64,000 bases of DNA. Origin: Auanema rhodensis (taxonomy: Eukaryota > Animalia > Nematoda). Where the stretch lies: NCBI GenBank assembly GCA_964057225.1, contig CAXKVF010000072.1, positions 310,001-374,000 on the forward strand, given 5' to 3'. Every line of letters begins with the position of its first letter. Within the stretch, counting starts at the first letter, position 1. The notes under the pieces were generated by a model. That model saw only the letters and a program-made list of their open reading frames with translations, had not been told where the DNA came from and made no database searches. Below, piece by piece: positions 43,601 to 58,700 of the stretch. The translations under genes were made by a program, and so were the position numbers.

Positions 43601-46600
43601 TAATTTTGAAAACCGCATCTCTTTATCTTTCACGTGAAGCGAGTTACATACCAAGTGCACATCACGTGTACATTTAATTAGCATAAATTAAAGTTCACGT
43701 AAATTTCAAAGTCATGGTTACCATGAACCAATATCAATAAAAATTTGTTTTTAGACTAATATGGACATGGGGAATCTAATTTTGAAAACGGCATCTCTTT
43801 ATCTTTCACGTGAAGCGAGTTACATACCAAGTGCACATCACGTGTACATTTAATTAGCATAAATTAAAGTTCACGTAAATTTCAAAGTCATGGTTACCAT
43901 GCACCAATATCAATAAAAATTTGTTTTTAGACTAATATGGACATGGGGAATCTAATTTTGAAAACCGCATCTCTTTATCTTTCACGTGAAGCGAGTTACA
44001 TACCAAGTGCACATCACGTGTACATTTAATTAGCATAAATTAAAGTTCACGTAAATTTCAAAGTCATGGTTACCATGCACCAATATCAATAAAAATTTGT
44101 TTTTAGACTAATATGGACATGGGGAATCTAATTTTGAAAACCGCATCTCTTTATCTTTCACGTGAAGCGAGTTACATACCAAGTGCACATCACGTGTACA
44201 TTTAATTAGCATAAATTAAAGTTCACGTAAATTTCAAAGTCATGGTTACCATGAACCAATATCAATAAAAATTTGTTTTTAGACTAATATGGACATGTGA
44301 AATCTAATTTTGAAAACCGCATCTCTTTATCTTTTACGTGAAGCGAGTTACATACCAAGTGCACATCACGTGTACATTTAATTAGCATAAATTAAAGTTC
44401 ACGTAAAATTCAAAGTCATGGTTACCATGCACCAATATCAATAAAAATTTGTTTTTAGACTAATATGGACATGGGGAATCTAATTTTGAAAACCGCATCT
44501 CTTTATCTTTCATGTGAAGCGAGTTACATACCAAGTGCACATCACGTGTACATTTAATTAGCATAAATTAAAGTTCACGTAAATTTCAAAGTCATGGTTA
44601 CCATGAACCAATATCAATAAAAATTTGTTTTCAGACTAATATGGACATGGGGAATCTAATTTTGAAAACCGCATCTCTTTATCTTTCACGTGAAGCGAGT
44701 TACATACCAAGTGCACATCACGTGTACATTTAATTAGCATAAACTAAAGTTCACGTAAATTTCAAAGTCATGGTTACCATGAACCAATATCAATAAAAAT
44801 TTGTTTTTAGACTAATATGGACATGAAGAATCTAATTTTAAAAACCGCATCTCTTTATCTTTCACGTGAAGCGAGTTACATACCAAGTGCACATCACGTG
44901 TACATTTAATTAGCATAAATTAAAGTTCACGTAAATTTCAAAGTCATGGTTACCATGAAGCAATATCAATAAAAATTTGTTTTTAGACTAATATGGACAT
45001 GGGGAATCTAATTTTGAAAACCGCATCTCTTTATCTTTCACGTGAAGCGAGTTACATACCAAGTGCACATCACGTGTACATTTAATTAGCATAAATTAAA
45101 GTTCACGTAAATTTCAAAGTCATGGTTACCATGAAGCAATATCAATAAAAATTTGTTTTTAGACTAATATGGACATGGGGAATCTAATTTTGAAAACCGC
45201 ATCTCTTTATCTTTCACGTGAAGCGAGTTACATACCAAGTGCACATCACGTGTACATTTAATTAGCATAAATTAAAGTTCACGTAAAATTCAAAGTCATG
45301 GTTACCATGAACCAATATCAATAAAAATTTGTTTTTAGACTAACATGGACATGGGGAATCTAATTGTGAAAACCGCATCTCTTTATCTTTCACGTGAAGC
45401 GAGTTACATACCAAGTGCACATCACGTGTACATTTAATTAGCATAAATTAAAGTTCACGTAAAATTCAAAGTCATGGTTACCATGCACCAATATCAATAA
45501 AAATTTGTTTTTAGACTAATATGGAAATGGGGAATCTAATTTTGAAAACCGCATCTCTTTATCTTTTACGTGAAGCGAGTTACATACCAAGTGCACATCA
45601 CGTGTACATTTAATTAGCATAAATTAAAGTTCACGTAAAATTCAAAGTCATGGTTACCATGCACCAATATCAATAAAAATTTGTTTTTAGACTAATATGG
45701 ACATGGGGAATCTAATTTTGAAAACCGCATCTCTTTATCTTTTACGTGAAGCGAGTTACATACCAAGTGCACATCACGTGTACATTTAATTAGCATAAAT
45801 TAAAGTTCACGTAAATTTCAAAGTCATGGTTACCATGAACCAATATCAATAAAAATTTGTTTTTAGACTAATATGGACATGGGGAATCTGATTTTGAAAA
45901 CCGCATCTCTTTATCTTTCACGTGAAGCGAGTTACATACCAAGTGCACATCACGTGTACATTTAATTAGCATAAATTAAAGTTCACGTAAAATTCAAAGT
46001 CTTGGTTACCATGCACCAATATCAATAAAAATTTGTTTTTAGACTAATATGGACATGGGGAATCTAATTTTGAAAACCGCATCTCTTTATCTTTTACGTG
46101 AAGCGAGTTACATACCAAGTGCACATCACGTGTACATTTATTTAGCATAAATTAAAGTTCACGTAAATTTCAAAGTCATGGTTACCATGAACCAATATCA
46201 ATAAAAATTTGTTTTTAGACTAATATGGACATGGGGAATCTAATTTTGAAAACCGCATCTCTTTATCTTTCACGTGAAGCGAGTTACATACCAAGTGCAC
46301 ATCACGTGTACATTTAATTAGCATAAATTAAAGTTCACGTAAAATTCAAAGTCATGGTTACCATGCACCAATATCAATAAAAATTTGTTTTTAGACTAAT
46401 ATGGACATGGGGAATCTAATTTTGAAAACCGCATCTCTTTATCTTTCATGTGAAGCGAGTTACATACCAAGTGCACATCACGTGTACATTTAATTAGCAT
46501 AAATTAAAGTTCACGTAAATTTCAAAGTCATGGTTACCATGCACCAATATCAATAAAAATTTGTTTTTAGACTAATATGGACATGGGGAATCTAATTTTG

Positions 46601-49416
46601 AAAACCGCATCTCTTTATCTTTCACGTGAAGCGAGTTACATACCAAGTGCACATCACGTGTACATTTGATTAGCATAAACTGAAGTTCACGTAAATTTCA
46701 AAGTCATGGTTACCATGAACCAATATCAATAAAAATTTGTTTTTAGACTAATATGGATATGGGGAATCTAATTTTGAAAACCGCATCTCTTTATCTTTCA
46801 CGTGAAGCGAGTTACAAACCAAGTGCACATCACGTGTACATTTAATTAGCATAAATTAAAGTTCACGTAAATTTCAAAGTCATGGTTACCATGAAGCAAT
46901 ATCAATAAAAATTTGTTTTTAGACTAATATGGACATGGGGAATCTAATTTTGAAAACCGCATATCTTTATCTTTCACGTGAAGCGAGTTACAAACCAAGT
47001 GCACATCACGTGTACATTTAATTAGCATAAATTAAAGTTCACGTAAATTTCAAAGTCATGGTTACCATGAAGCAATATCAATAAAAATTTGTTTTTAGAC
47101 TAATATGGACATGGGGAATCTAATTTTGAAAACCGCATCTCTTTATCTTTCACGTGAAGCGAGTTACATACCAAGTGCACATCACGTGTACATTTAATTA
47201 GCATAAATTAAAGTTCACGTAAAATTCAAAGTCATGGTTACCATGAACCAATATCAATAAAAATTCGTTTTTAGACTAATATGGACATGGGGAATCTAAT
47301 TTTGAAAACCGCATCTCTTTATCTTTCACGTGAAGCGAGTTACATACCAAGTGCACATCACGTGTACATTTAATTAGCATAAATTAAAGTTCACGTAAAT
47401 TTCAAAGTCATGGTTACCATGAACCAATATCAATAAAAATTGGTTTTTAGACTAATATGGACATGGGGAATCTAATTTTGAAAACCGCATCTCTTTATCT
47501 TTCACGTGAAGCGAGTTACATACCAAGTGCACATCACGTGTACATTTAATTAGCATAAATTAAAGTTCACGTAAATTTCAAAGTCATGGTTACCATGCAC
47601 CAATATCAATAAAAATTTGTTTTTAGACTAATATGGACATGGGGAATCTAATTTTGAAAACCGCATCTCTTTATCTTTCACGTGAAGCGAGTTACATACC
47701 AAGTGCACATCACGTGTACATTTAATTAGCATAAATTAAAGTTCACGTAAATTTCAAAGTCATGGTTACCATGCACCAATATCAATAAAAATTTGTTTTT
47801 AGACTAATATGGACATGGGGAATCTAATTTTGAAAACCGTATCTCTTTATCTTTTACGTGAAGCGAGTTACATACCAAGTGCACATCACGTGTACATTTA
47901 ATTAGCATAAATTAAAGTTCACGTAAATTTCAAAGTCATGGTTACCATGAACCAATATCAATAAAAATTTGTTTTTAGACTAATATGGACATGGGGAATC
48001 TAATTTTGAAAACCGCATCTCTTTATCTTTCACGTGAAGCGAGTTACATACCAAGTGCACATCACGTGTACATTTAATTAGCATAAATTAAAGTTCACGT
48101 AAAATTCAAAGTCATGGTTACCATGCACCAATATCAATAAAAATTTGTTTTTAGACTAATATGGACATGGGGAATCTAATTTTGAAAACCGCATCTCTTT
48201 ATCTTTCATGTGAAGCGAGTTACATACCAAGTGCACATCACGTGTGCATTTAATTAGCATAAATTAAAGTTCACGTAAATTTCAAAGTCATGGTTACCAT
48301 GCACCAATATCAATAAAAATTTGTTTTTAGACTAATATGGACATGGGGAATCTAATTTTGAAAACCGCATCTCTTTATCTTTCACGTGAAGCGAGTTACA
48401 TACCAAGTGCACATCACGTGTACATTTGATTAGCATAAACTGAAGTTCACGTAAATTTCAAAGTCATGGTTACCATGAACCAATATCAATAAAAATTTGT
48501 TTTTAGACTAATATGGACATGGGGAATCTAATTTTGAAAACCGCATCTCTTTATCTTTCACGTGAAGCGAGTTACAAACCAAGTGCACATCACGTGTACA
48601 TTTAATTAGCATAAATTAAAGTTCACGTAAATTTCAAAGTCATGGTTACCATGAAGCAATATCAATAAAAATTTGTTTTTAGACTAATATGGACATGGGG
48701 AATCTAATTTTGAAAACCGCATCTCTTTATCTTTCACGTGAAGCGAGTTACATACCAAGTGCACATCACGTGTACATTTAATTAGCATAAATTAAAGTTC
48801 ACGTAAAATTCAAAGTCATGGTTACCATGAACCAATATCAATAAAAATTCGTTTTTAGACTAATATGGACATGGGGAATCTAATTTTGAAAACCGCATCT
48901 CTTTATCTTTCACGTGAAGCGAGTTACATACCAAGTGCACATCACGTGTACATTTAATTAGCATAAATTAAAGTTCACGTAAATTTCAAAGTCATGGTTA
49001 CCATGAACCAATATCAATAAAAATTTGTTTTTAGACTAATATGGACATGGGGAATCTAATTTTGAAAACCGCATCTCTTTATCTTTCACGTGAAGCGAGT
49101 TACATACCAAGTGCACATCACGTGTACATTTAATTAGCATAAATTAAAGTTCACGTAAATTTCAAAGTCATGGTTACCATGCACCAATATCAATAAAAAT
49201 TTGTTTTTAGACTAATATGGACATGGGGAATCTAATTTTGAAAACCGCATCTCTTTATCTTTCACGTGAAGCGAGTTACATACCAAGTGCACATCACGTG
49301 TACATTTAATTAGCATAAATTAAAGTTCACGTAAATTTCAAAGTCATGGTTACCATGCACCAATATCAATAAAAATTTGTTTTTAGACTAATATGGACAT
49401 GGGGAATCTAATTTTG

Positions 49417-52248
49417 AAAACCGCATCTCTTTATCTTTCACGTGTACATTTAATTAGCATAAATTAAAGTTCACGTAAATTTCAAAGTCATGGTTACCAT
49501 GAACCAATATCAATAAAAATTTGTTTTTAGACTAATATGGACATGTGAAATCTAATTTTGAAAACCGCATCTCTTTATCTTTCACGTGAAGCGAGTTACA
49601 TACCAAGTGCACATCACGTGTACATTTAATTAGCATAAATTAAAGTTCACGTAAAATTCAAAGTCATGGTTACCATGCACCAATATCAATAAAAATTTGT
49701 TTTTAGACTAATATGGACATGGGGAATCTAATTTTGAAAACCGCATCTCTTTATCTTTTACGTGAAGCGAGTTACATACCAAGTGCACATCACGTGTACA
49801 TTTAATTAGCATAAATTAAAGTTCACGTAAATTTCAAAGTCATGGTTACCATGCACCAATATCAATAAAAATTTGTTTTTAGACTAATATGGACATGGGG
49901 AATCTAATTTTGAAAACCTCATCTCTTTATCTTTTACGTGAAGCGAGTTACATACCAAGTGCACATCACGTGTACATTTAATTAGCATAAATTAAAGTTC
50001 ACGTAAATTTCAAAGTCATGGTTACCATGAACCAATATCAATAAAAATTTGTTTTTAGACTAATATGGACATGGGGAATCTAATTTTGAAAACCGCATCT
50101 CTTTATCTTTCACGTGAAGCGAGTTACATACCAAGTGCACATCACGTGTACATTTAATTAGCATAAATTAAAGTTCACGTAAATTTCAAAGTCATGGTTA
50201 CCATGCACCAATATCAATAAAAATTTGTTTTTAGACTAATATGGACATGGGGAATCTAATTTTGAAAACCGCATCTCTTTATCTTTCACGTGTACATTTA
50301 ATTAGCATAAATTAAAGTTCACGTAAATTTCAAAGTCATGGTTACCATGAACCAATATCAATAAAAATTTGTTTTTAGACTAATATGGACATGTGAAATC
50401 TAATTTTGAAAACCGCATCTCTTTATCTTTCACGTGAAGCGAGTTACATACCAAGTGCACATCACGTGTACATTTAATTAGCATAAATTAAAGTTCACGT
50501 AAAATTCAAAGTCATGGTTACCATGCACCAATATCAATGAAAATTTGTTTTTAGACTAATATGGACATGGGGAATCTAATTTTGAAAACCGCATCTCTTT
50601 ATCTTTCACGTGTACATTTAATTAGCATAAATTAAAGTTCACGTAAATTTCAAAGTCATGGTTACCATGAACCAATATCAATAAAAATTTGTTTTTAGAC
50701 TAATATGGACATGGGGAATCTAATTTTGAAAACCGCATCTCTTTATCTTTCATGTGAAGCGAGTTACATACCAAGTGCACATCACGTGTACATTTAATTA
50801 GCATAAATTAAAGTTCACGTAAATTTCAAAGTCATGGTTACCATGCACCAATATCAAAAAAAATTTGTTTTCAGACTAATATGGACATGGGGAATCTAAT
50901 TTTGAAAACCGCATCTCTTTATCTTTCACGTGAAGCGAGTTACATACCAAGTGCACATCACGTGTACATTTAATTAGCATAAATTAAAGTTCACGTAAAT
51001 TTCAAAGTCATGGTTACCATGCACCAATATCAATAAAAATTTGTTTTTAGACTAATATGGACATGGGGAATCTAATTTTGAAAACCGCATCTCTTTATCT
51101 TTCACGTGAAGCGAGTTACATACCAAGTGCACATCACGTGTACATTTAATTAGCATAAACTAAAGTTCACGTAAATTTCAAAGTCATGGTTACCATGAAC
51201 CAATATCAATAAAAATTTGTTTTTAGACTAATATGGACATGGGGAATCTAATTTTGAAAACCGCATCTCTTTATCTTTCACGTGAAGCGAGTTACATACC
51301 AAGTGCACATCACGTGTACATTTAATTAGCATAAATTAAAGTTCACGTAAAATTCAAAGTCATGGTTACCATGCACCAATATCAATAAAAATTTGTTTTT
51401 AGACTAATATGGACATGGGGAATCTAATTTTGAAAACCGCATCTCTTTATCTTTTACGTGAAGCGAGTTACATACCAAGTGCACATCACGTGTACATTTA
51501 ATTAGCATAAATTAAAGTTCACGTAAATTTCAAAGTCATGGTTACCATGCACCAATATCAATAAAAATTTGTTTTTAGACTAATATGGACATGGGGAATC
51601 TAATTTTGAAAACCGCATCTCTTTATCTTTCACGTGAAGCGAGTTACATACCAAGTGCACATCACGTGTACATTTAATTAGCATAAATTAAAGTTCACGT
51701 AAATTCCAAAGTCATGGTTACCATGCACCAATATCAATAAAAATTTGTTTTTAGACTAATATGGACATGGGGAATCTAATTTTGAAAACCGCATCTCTTT
51801 ATCTTTCACGTGTACATTTAATTAGCATAAATTAAAGTTCACGTAAATTTCAAAGTCATGGTTACCATGAACCAATATCAATAAAAATTTGTTTTTAGAC
51901 TAATATGGACATGTGAAATCTAATTTTGAAAACCGCATCTCTTTATCTTTCACGTGAAGCGAGTTACATACCAAGTGCACATCACGTGTACATTTAATTA
52001 GCATAAATTAAAGTTCACGTAAAATTCAAAGTCATGGTTACCATGCACCAATATCAATAAAAATTTGTTTTTAGACTAATATGGACATGGGGAATCTAAG
52101 TTTGAAAACCGCATCTCTTTATCTTTCACGTGTACATTTAATTAGCATAAATTAAAGTTCACGTAAATTTCAAAGTCATGGTTACCATGAACCAATATCA
52201 ATAAAAATTTGTTTTTAGACTAATATGGACATGGGGAATCTAATTTTG
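49417..52248 (+). repeat. Cluster of five 144-bp monomers with a 32-bp deletion: 49417-49560, 50265-50408, 50585-50728, 51785-51928, 52105-52248
   Basis: Each reads ATCTTTCACGTGTACATT, with core 1 fused to core 2; start-to-start distance is 144. Confidence 0.95.
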
Positions 52249-52776
52249 AAAACCGCATCTCTTTATCTTTCATGTGAAGCGAGTTACATACCAAGTGCAC
52301 ATCACGTGTACATTTAATTAGCATAAATTAAAGTTCACGTAAATTTCAAAGTCATGGTTACCATGCACCAATATCAAAAAAAATTTGTTTTCAGACTAAT
52401 ATGGACATGGGGAATCTAATTTTGAAAACCGCATCTCTTTATCTTTCACGTGAAGCGAGTTACATACCAAGTGCACATCACGTGTACATTTAATTAGCAT
52501 AAATTAAAGTTCACGTAAATTTCAAAGTCATGGTTACCATGCACCAATATCAATAAAAATTTGTTTTTAGACTAATATGGACATGGGGAATCTAATTTTG
52601 AAAACCGCATCTCTTTATCTTTCACGTGAAGCGAGTTACATACCAAGTGCACATCACGTGTACATTTAATTAGCATAAACTAAAGTTCACGTAAATTTCA
52701 AAGTCATGGTTACCATGAACCAATATCAATAAAAATTTGTTTTTAGACTAATATGGACATGGGGAATCTAATTTTG
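50265..52776 (+). repeat. 9-monomer (1520-bp = 7x176 + 2x144) higher-order duplication, second copy partial
   Basis: Deletion monomers 50265/51785 and 50585/52105, and SNPs 50753/52273, 50858/52378 and 51160/52680, are all offset by 1520. Confidence 0.88.
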
Positions 52777-55700
52777 AAAACCGCATCTCTTTATCTTTCA
52801 CGTGAAGCGAGTTACATACCAAGTGCACATCACGTGTACATTTAATTAGCATAAATTAAAGTTCACGTAAATTTCAAAGTCATGGTTACCATGAAGCAAT
52901 ATCAATAAAAATTTGTTTTTAGACTAATATGGACATGGGGAATCTAATTTTGAAAACCGCATCTCTTTATCTTTCACGTGAAGCGAGTTACATACCAAGT
53001 GCACATCACGTGTACATTTAATTAGCATAAATTAAAGTTCACGTAAAATTCAAAGTCATGGTTACCATGCACCAATATCAATAAAAATTTGTTTTTAGAC
53101 TAATATGGACATGGGGAATCTAATTTTGAAAACCGCATCTCTTTATCTTTTACGTGAAGCGAGTTACATACCAAGTGCACATCACGTGTACATTTAATTA
53201 GCATAAATTAAAGTTCACGTAAATTTCAAAGTCATGGTTACCATGCACCAATATCAATAAAAGTTTGTTTTTAGACTAATATGGACATGGGGAATCTAAT
53301 TTTGAAAACCGCATCTCTTTATCTTTTACGTGAAGCGAGTTACATACCAAGTGCACATCACGTGTACATTTAATTAGCATAAATTAAAGTTCACGTAAAA
53401 TTCAAAGTCATGGTTACCATGCACCAATATCAATAAAAATTTGTTTTTAGACTAATATGGACATGGGGAATCTAATTTTGAAAACCGCATCTCTTTATCT
53501 TTTACGTGAAGCGAGTTACATACCAAGTGCACATCACGTGTACATTTAATTAGCATAAATTAAAGTTCACGTAAATTTCAAAGTCATGGTTACCATGCAC
53601 CAATATCAATAAAAATTTGTTTTTAGACTAATATGGAAATGGGGAATCTAATTTTGAAAACCGCATCTCTTTATCTTTTACGTGAAGCGAGTTACATACC
53701 AAGTGCACATCACGTGTACATTTAATTAGCATAAATTAAAGTTCACGTAAATTTCAAAGTCATGGTTACCATGCACCAATATCAATAAAAATTTGTTTTT
53801 AGACTAATATGGACATGGGGAATCTAATTTTGAAAACCGCATCTCTTTATCTTTTACGTGAAGCGAGTTACATACCAAGTGCACATCACGTGTACATTTA
53901 ATTAGCATAAATTAAAGTTCACGTAAATTTCAAAGTCATGGTTACCATGCACCAATATCAATAAAAATTTGTTTTTAGACTAATATGGACATGGGGAATC
54001 TAATTTTGAAAACCGCATCTCTTCATCTTTCACGTGAAGCGAGTTACATACCAAGTGCACATCACGTGTACATTTAATTAGCATAAATTAAAGTTCACGT
54101 AAATTTCAAAGTCATGGTTACCATGCACCAATATCAATAAAAATTTGTTTTTAGACTAATATGGACATGGGGAATCTAATTTTGAAAACCGCATCTCTTT
54201 ATCTTTCACGTGAAGCGAGTTACATACCAAGTGCACATCACGTGTACATTTAATTAGCATAAATTAAAGTTCACGTAAATTTCAAAGTCATGGTTACCAT
54301 GAACCAATATCAATAAAAATTTGTTTTTAGACTAATATGGACATGGGGAATCTAATTTTGAAAACCGCATCTGTTTATCTTTCACGTGAAGCAAGTTACA
54401 TACCGAGTGCACATCACGTGTACATTTAATTAGCATAAATTAAAGTTCACGTAAATTTCAAAGTCATAGTTACCATGCACCAATATCAATAAAAATTTGT
54501 TTTTAGACTAATATGGACATGGGGAATCTAATTTTGAAAACCGCATCTCTTTATCTTTCACGTGAAGCGAGTTACATACCAAGTGCACATCACGTGTACA
54601 TTTAATTAGCATAAATTAAAGTTCACGTAAATTTCAAAGTCATGGTTACCATGAAGCAATATCAATAAAAATTTGTTTTTAGACTAATATGGACATGGGG
54701 AATCTAATTTTGAAAACCGCATCTCTTTATCTTTCACGTGAAGCGAGTTACATACCAAGTGCACATCACGTGTACATTTAATTAGCATAAACTAAAGTTC
54801 ACGTAAATTTCAAAGTCATGGTTACCATGAACCAATATCAATAAAAATTTGTTTTTAGACTAATATGGACATGGGGAATCTAATTTTGAAAACCGCATCT
54901 CTTTATCTTTCACGTGAAGCGAGTTACATACCAAGTGCACATCACGTGTACATTTAATTAGCATAAATTAAAGTTCACGTAAATTTCAAAGTCATGGTTA
55001 CCATGAAGCAATATCAATAAAAATTTGTTTTTAGACTAATATGGACATGGGGAATCTAATTTTGAAAACCGCATCTCTTTATCTTTCACGTGAAGCGAGT
55101 TACATACCAAGTGCACATCACGTGTACATTTAATTAGCATAAATTAAAGTTCACGTAAAATTCAAAGTCATGGTTACCATGCACCAATATCAATAAAAAT
55201 TTGTTTTTAGACTAATATGGACATGGGGAATCTAATTTTGAAAACCGCATCTCTTTATCTTTTACGTGAAGCGAGTTACATACCAAGTGCACATCACGTG
55301 TACATTTAATTAGCATAAATTAAAGTTCACGTAAATTTCAAAGTCATGGTTACCATGCACCAATATCAATAAAAGTTTGTTTTTAGACTAATATGGACAT
55401 GGGGAATCTAATTTTGAAAACCGCATCTCTTTATCTTTTACGTGAAGCGAGTTACATACCAAGTGCACATCACGTGTACATTTAATTAGCATAAATTAAA
55501 GTTCACGTAAAATTCAAAGTCATGGTTACCATGCACCAATATCAATAAAAATTTGTTTTTAGACTAATATGGACATGGGGAATCTAATTTTGAAAACCGC
55601 ATCTCTTTATCTTTTACGTGAAGCGAGTTACATACCAAGTGCACATCACGTGTACATTTAATTAGCATAAATTAAAGTTCACGTAAATTTCAAAGTCATG

Positions 55701-58700
55701 GTTACCATGCACCAATATCAATAAAAATTTGTTTTTAGACTAATATGGAAATGGGGAATCTAATTTTGAAAACCGCATCTCTTTATCTTTTACGTGAAGC
55801 GAGTTACATACCAAGTGCACATCACGTGTACATTTAATTAGCATAAATTAAAGTTCACGTAAATTTCAAAGTCATGGTTACCATGCACCAATATCAATAA
55901 AAATTTGTTTTTAGACTAATATGGACATGGGGAATCTAATTTTGAAAACCGCATCTCTTTATCTTTTACGTGAAGCGAGTTACATACCAAGTGCACATGA
56001 CGTGTACATTTAATTAGCATAAATTAAAGTTCACGTAAATTTCAAAGTCATGGTTACCATGAACCAATATCAATAAAAATTTGTTTTTAGACTAATATGG
56101 ACATGGGGAATCTGATTTTGAAAACCGCATCTCTTTATCTTTCACGTGAAGCGAGTTACATACCAAGTGCACATCACGTGTACATTTAATTAGCATAAAT
56201 TAAAGTTCACGTAAAATTCAAAGTCATGGTTACCATGCACCAATATCAATAAAAATTTGTTTTTAGACTAATATGGACATGGGGAATCTAATTTTGAAAA
56301 CCGCATCTCTTTATCTTTCACGTGAAGCGAGTTACATACCAAGTGCACATCACGTGTACATTTAATTAGCATAAATTAAAGTTCACGTAAATTTCAAAGT
56401 CATGGTTACCATGCACCAATATCAATAAAAATTTGTTTTTAGACTAATATGGACATGGGGAATCTAATTTTGAAAACCGCATCTCTTTATCTTTTACGTG
56501 AAGCGAGTTACATACCAAGTGCACATCACGTGTACATTTAATTAGCATAAATTAAAGTTCACGTAAATTTCAAAGTCATGGTTACCATGCACCAATATCA
56601 ATAAAAATTTGTTTTTAGACTAATATGGACATGGGGAATCTAATTTTGAAAACCGCATCTCTTTATCTTTCACGTGAAGCGAGTTACATACCAAGTGCAC
56701 ATCACGTGTACATTTAATTAGCATAAATTAAAGTTCACGTAAATTTCAAAGTCATGGTTACCATGCACCAATATCAATAAAAATTTGTTTTTAGACTAAT
56801 ATGGACATGGGGAATCTAATTTTGAAAACCGCATCTCTTTATCTTTCACGTGAAGCGAGTTACATACCAAGTGCAAATCACGTGTACATTTAATTAGCAT
56901 AAATTAAAGTTCACGTAAATTTCAAAGTCATGGTTACCATGCACCAATATCAATAAAAATTTGTTTTTAGACTAATATGGACATGGGGAATCTAATTTTG
57001 AAAACCGCATCTCTTCATCTTTCACGTGAAGCGAGTTACATACCAAGTGCACATCACGTGTACATTTAATTAGCATAAATTAAAGTTCACGTAAATTTCA
57101 AAGTCATGGTTACCATGCACCAATATCAATAAAAATTTGTTTTTAGACTAATATGGACATGGGGAATCTAATTTTGAAAACCGCATCTCTTTATCTTTCA
57201 CGTGAAGCGAGTTACATACCAAGTGCACATCACGTGTACATTTAATTAGCATAAACTAAAGTTCACGTAAATTTCAAAGTCATGGTTACCATGAACCAAT
57301 ATCAATAAAAATTTGTTTTTAGACTAATATGGACATGGGGAATCTAATTTTGAAAACCGCATCTCTTTATCTTTCACGTGAAGCGAGTTACATACCAAGT
57401 GCACATCACGTGTACATTTAATTAGCATAAATTAAAGTTCACGTAAATTTCAAAGTCATGGTTACCATGAAGCAATATCAATAAAAATTTGTTTTTAGAC
57501 TAATATGGACATGGGGAATCTAATTTTGAAAACCGCATCTCTTTATCTTTCACGTGAAGCGAGTTACATACCAAGTGCACATCACGTGTACATTTAATTA
57601 GCATAAATTAAAGTTCACGTAAATTTCAAAGTCATGGTTACCATGCACCAATATCAATAAAAGTTTGTTTTTAGACTAATATGGACATGGGGAATCTAAT
57701 TTTGAAAACCGCATCTCTTTATCTTTTACGTGAAGCGAGTTACATACCAAGTGCACATCACGTGTACATTTAATTAGCATAAATTAAAGTTCACGTAAAA
57801 TTCAAAGTCATGGTTACCATGCACCAATATCAATAAAAATTTGTTTTTAGACTAATATGGACATGGGGAATCTAATTTTGAAAACCGCATCTCTTTATCT
57901 TTTACGTGAAGCGAGTTACATACCAAGTGCACATCACGTGTACATTTAATTAGCATAAATTAAAGTTCACGTAAATTTCAAAGTCATGGTTACCATGCAC
58001 CAATATCAATAAAAATTTGTTTTTAGACTAATATGGAAATGGGGAATCTAATTTTGAAAACCGCATCTCTTTATCTTTTACGTGAAGCGAGTTACATACC
58101 AAGTGCACATCACGTGTACATTTAATTAGCATAAATTAAAGTTCACGTAAATTTCAAAGTCATGGTTACCATGCACCAATATCAATAAAAATTTGTTTTT
58201 AGACTAATATGGACATGGGGAATCTAATTTTGAAAACCGTATCTCTTTATCTTTCACGTGAAGCGAGTTACATACCAAGTGCACATCACGTGTACATTTA
58301 ATTAGCATAAATTAAAGTTCACGTAAATTTCAAAGTCATGGTTACCATGAACCAATATCAATAAAAATTTGTTTTTAGACTAATATGGACATGGGGAATC
58401 TGATTTTGAAAACCGCATCTCTTTATCTTTCACGTGAAGCGAGTTACATACCAAGTGCACATCACGTGTACATTTAATTAGCATAAATTAAAGTTCACGT
58501 AAAATTCAAAGTCATGGTTACCATGCACCAATATCAATAAAAATTTGTTTTTAGACTAATATGGACATGGGGAATCTAATTTTGAAAACCGCATCTCTTT
58601 ATCTTTTACGTGAAGCGAGTTACATACCAAGTGCACATCACGTGTACATTTAATTAGCATAAATTAAAGTTCACGTAAATTTCAAAGTCATGGTTACCAT

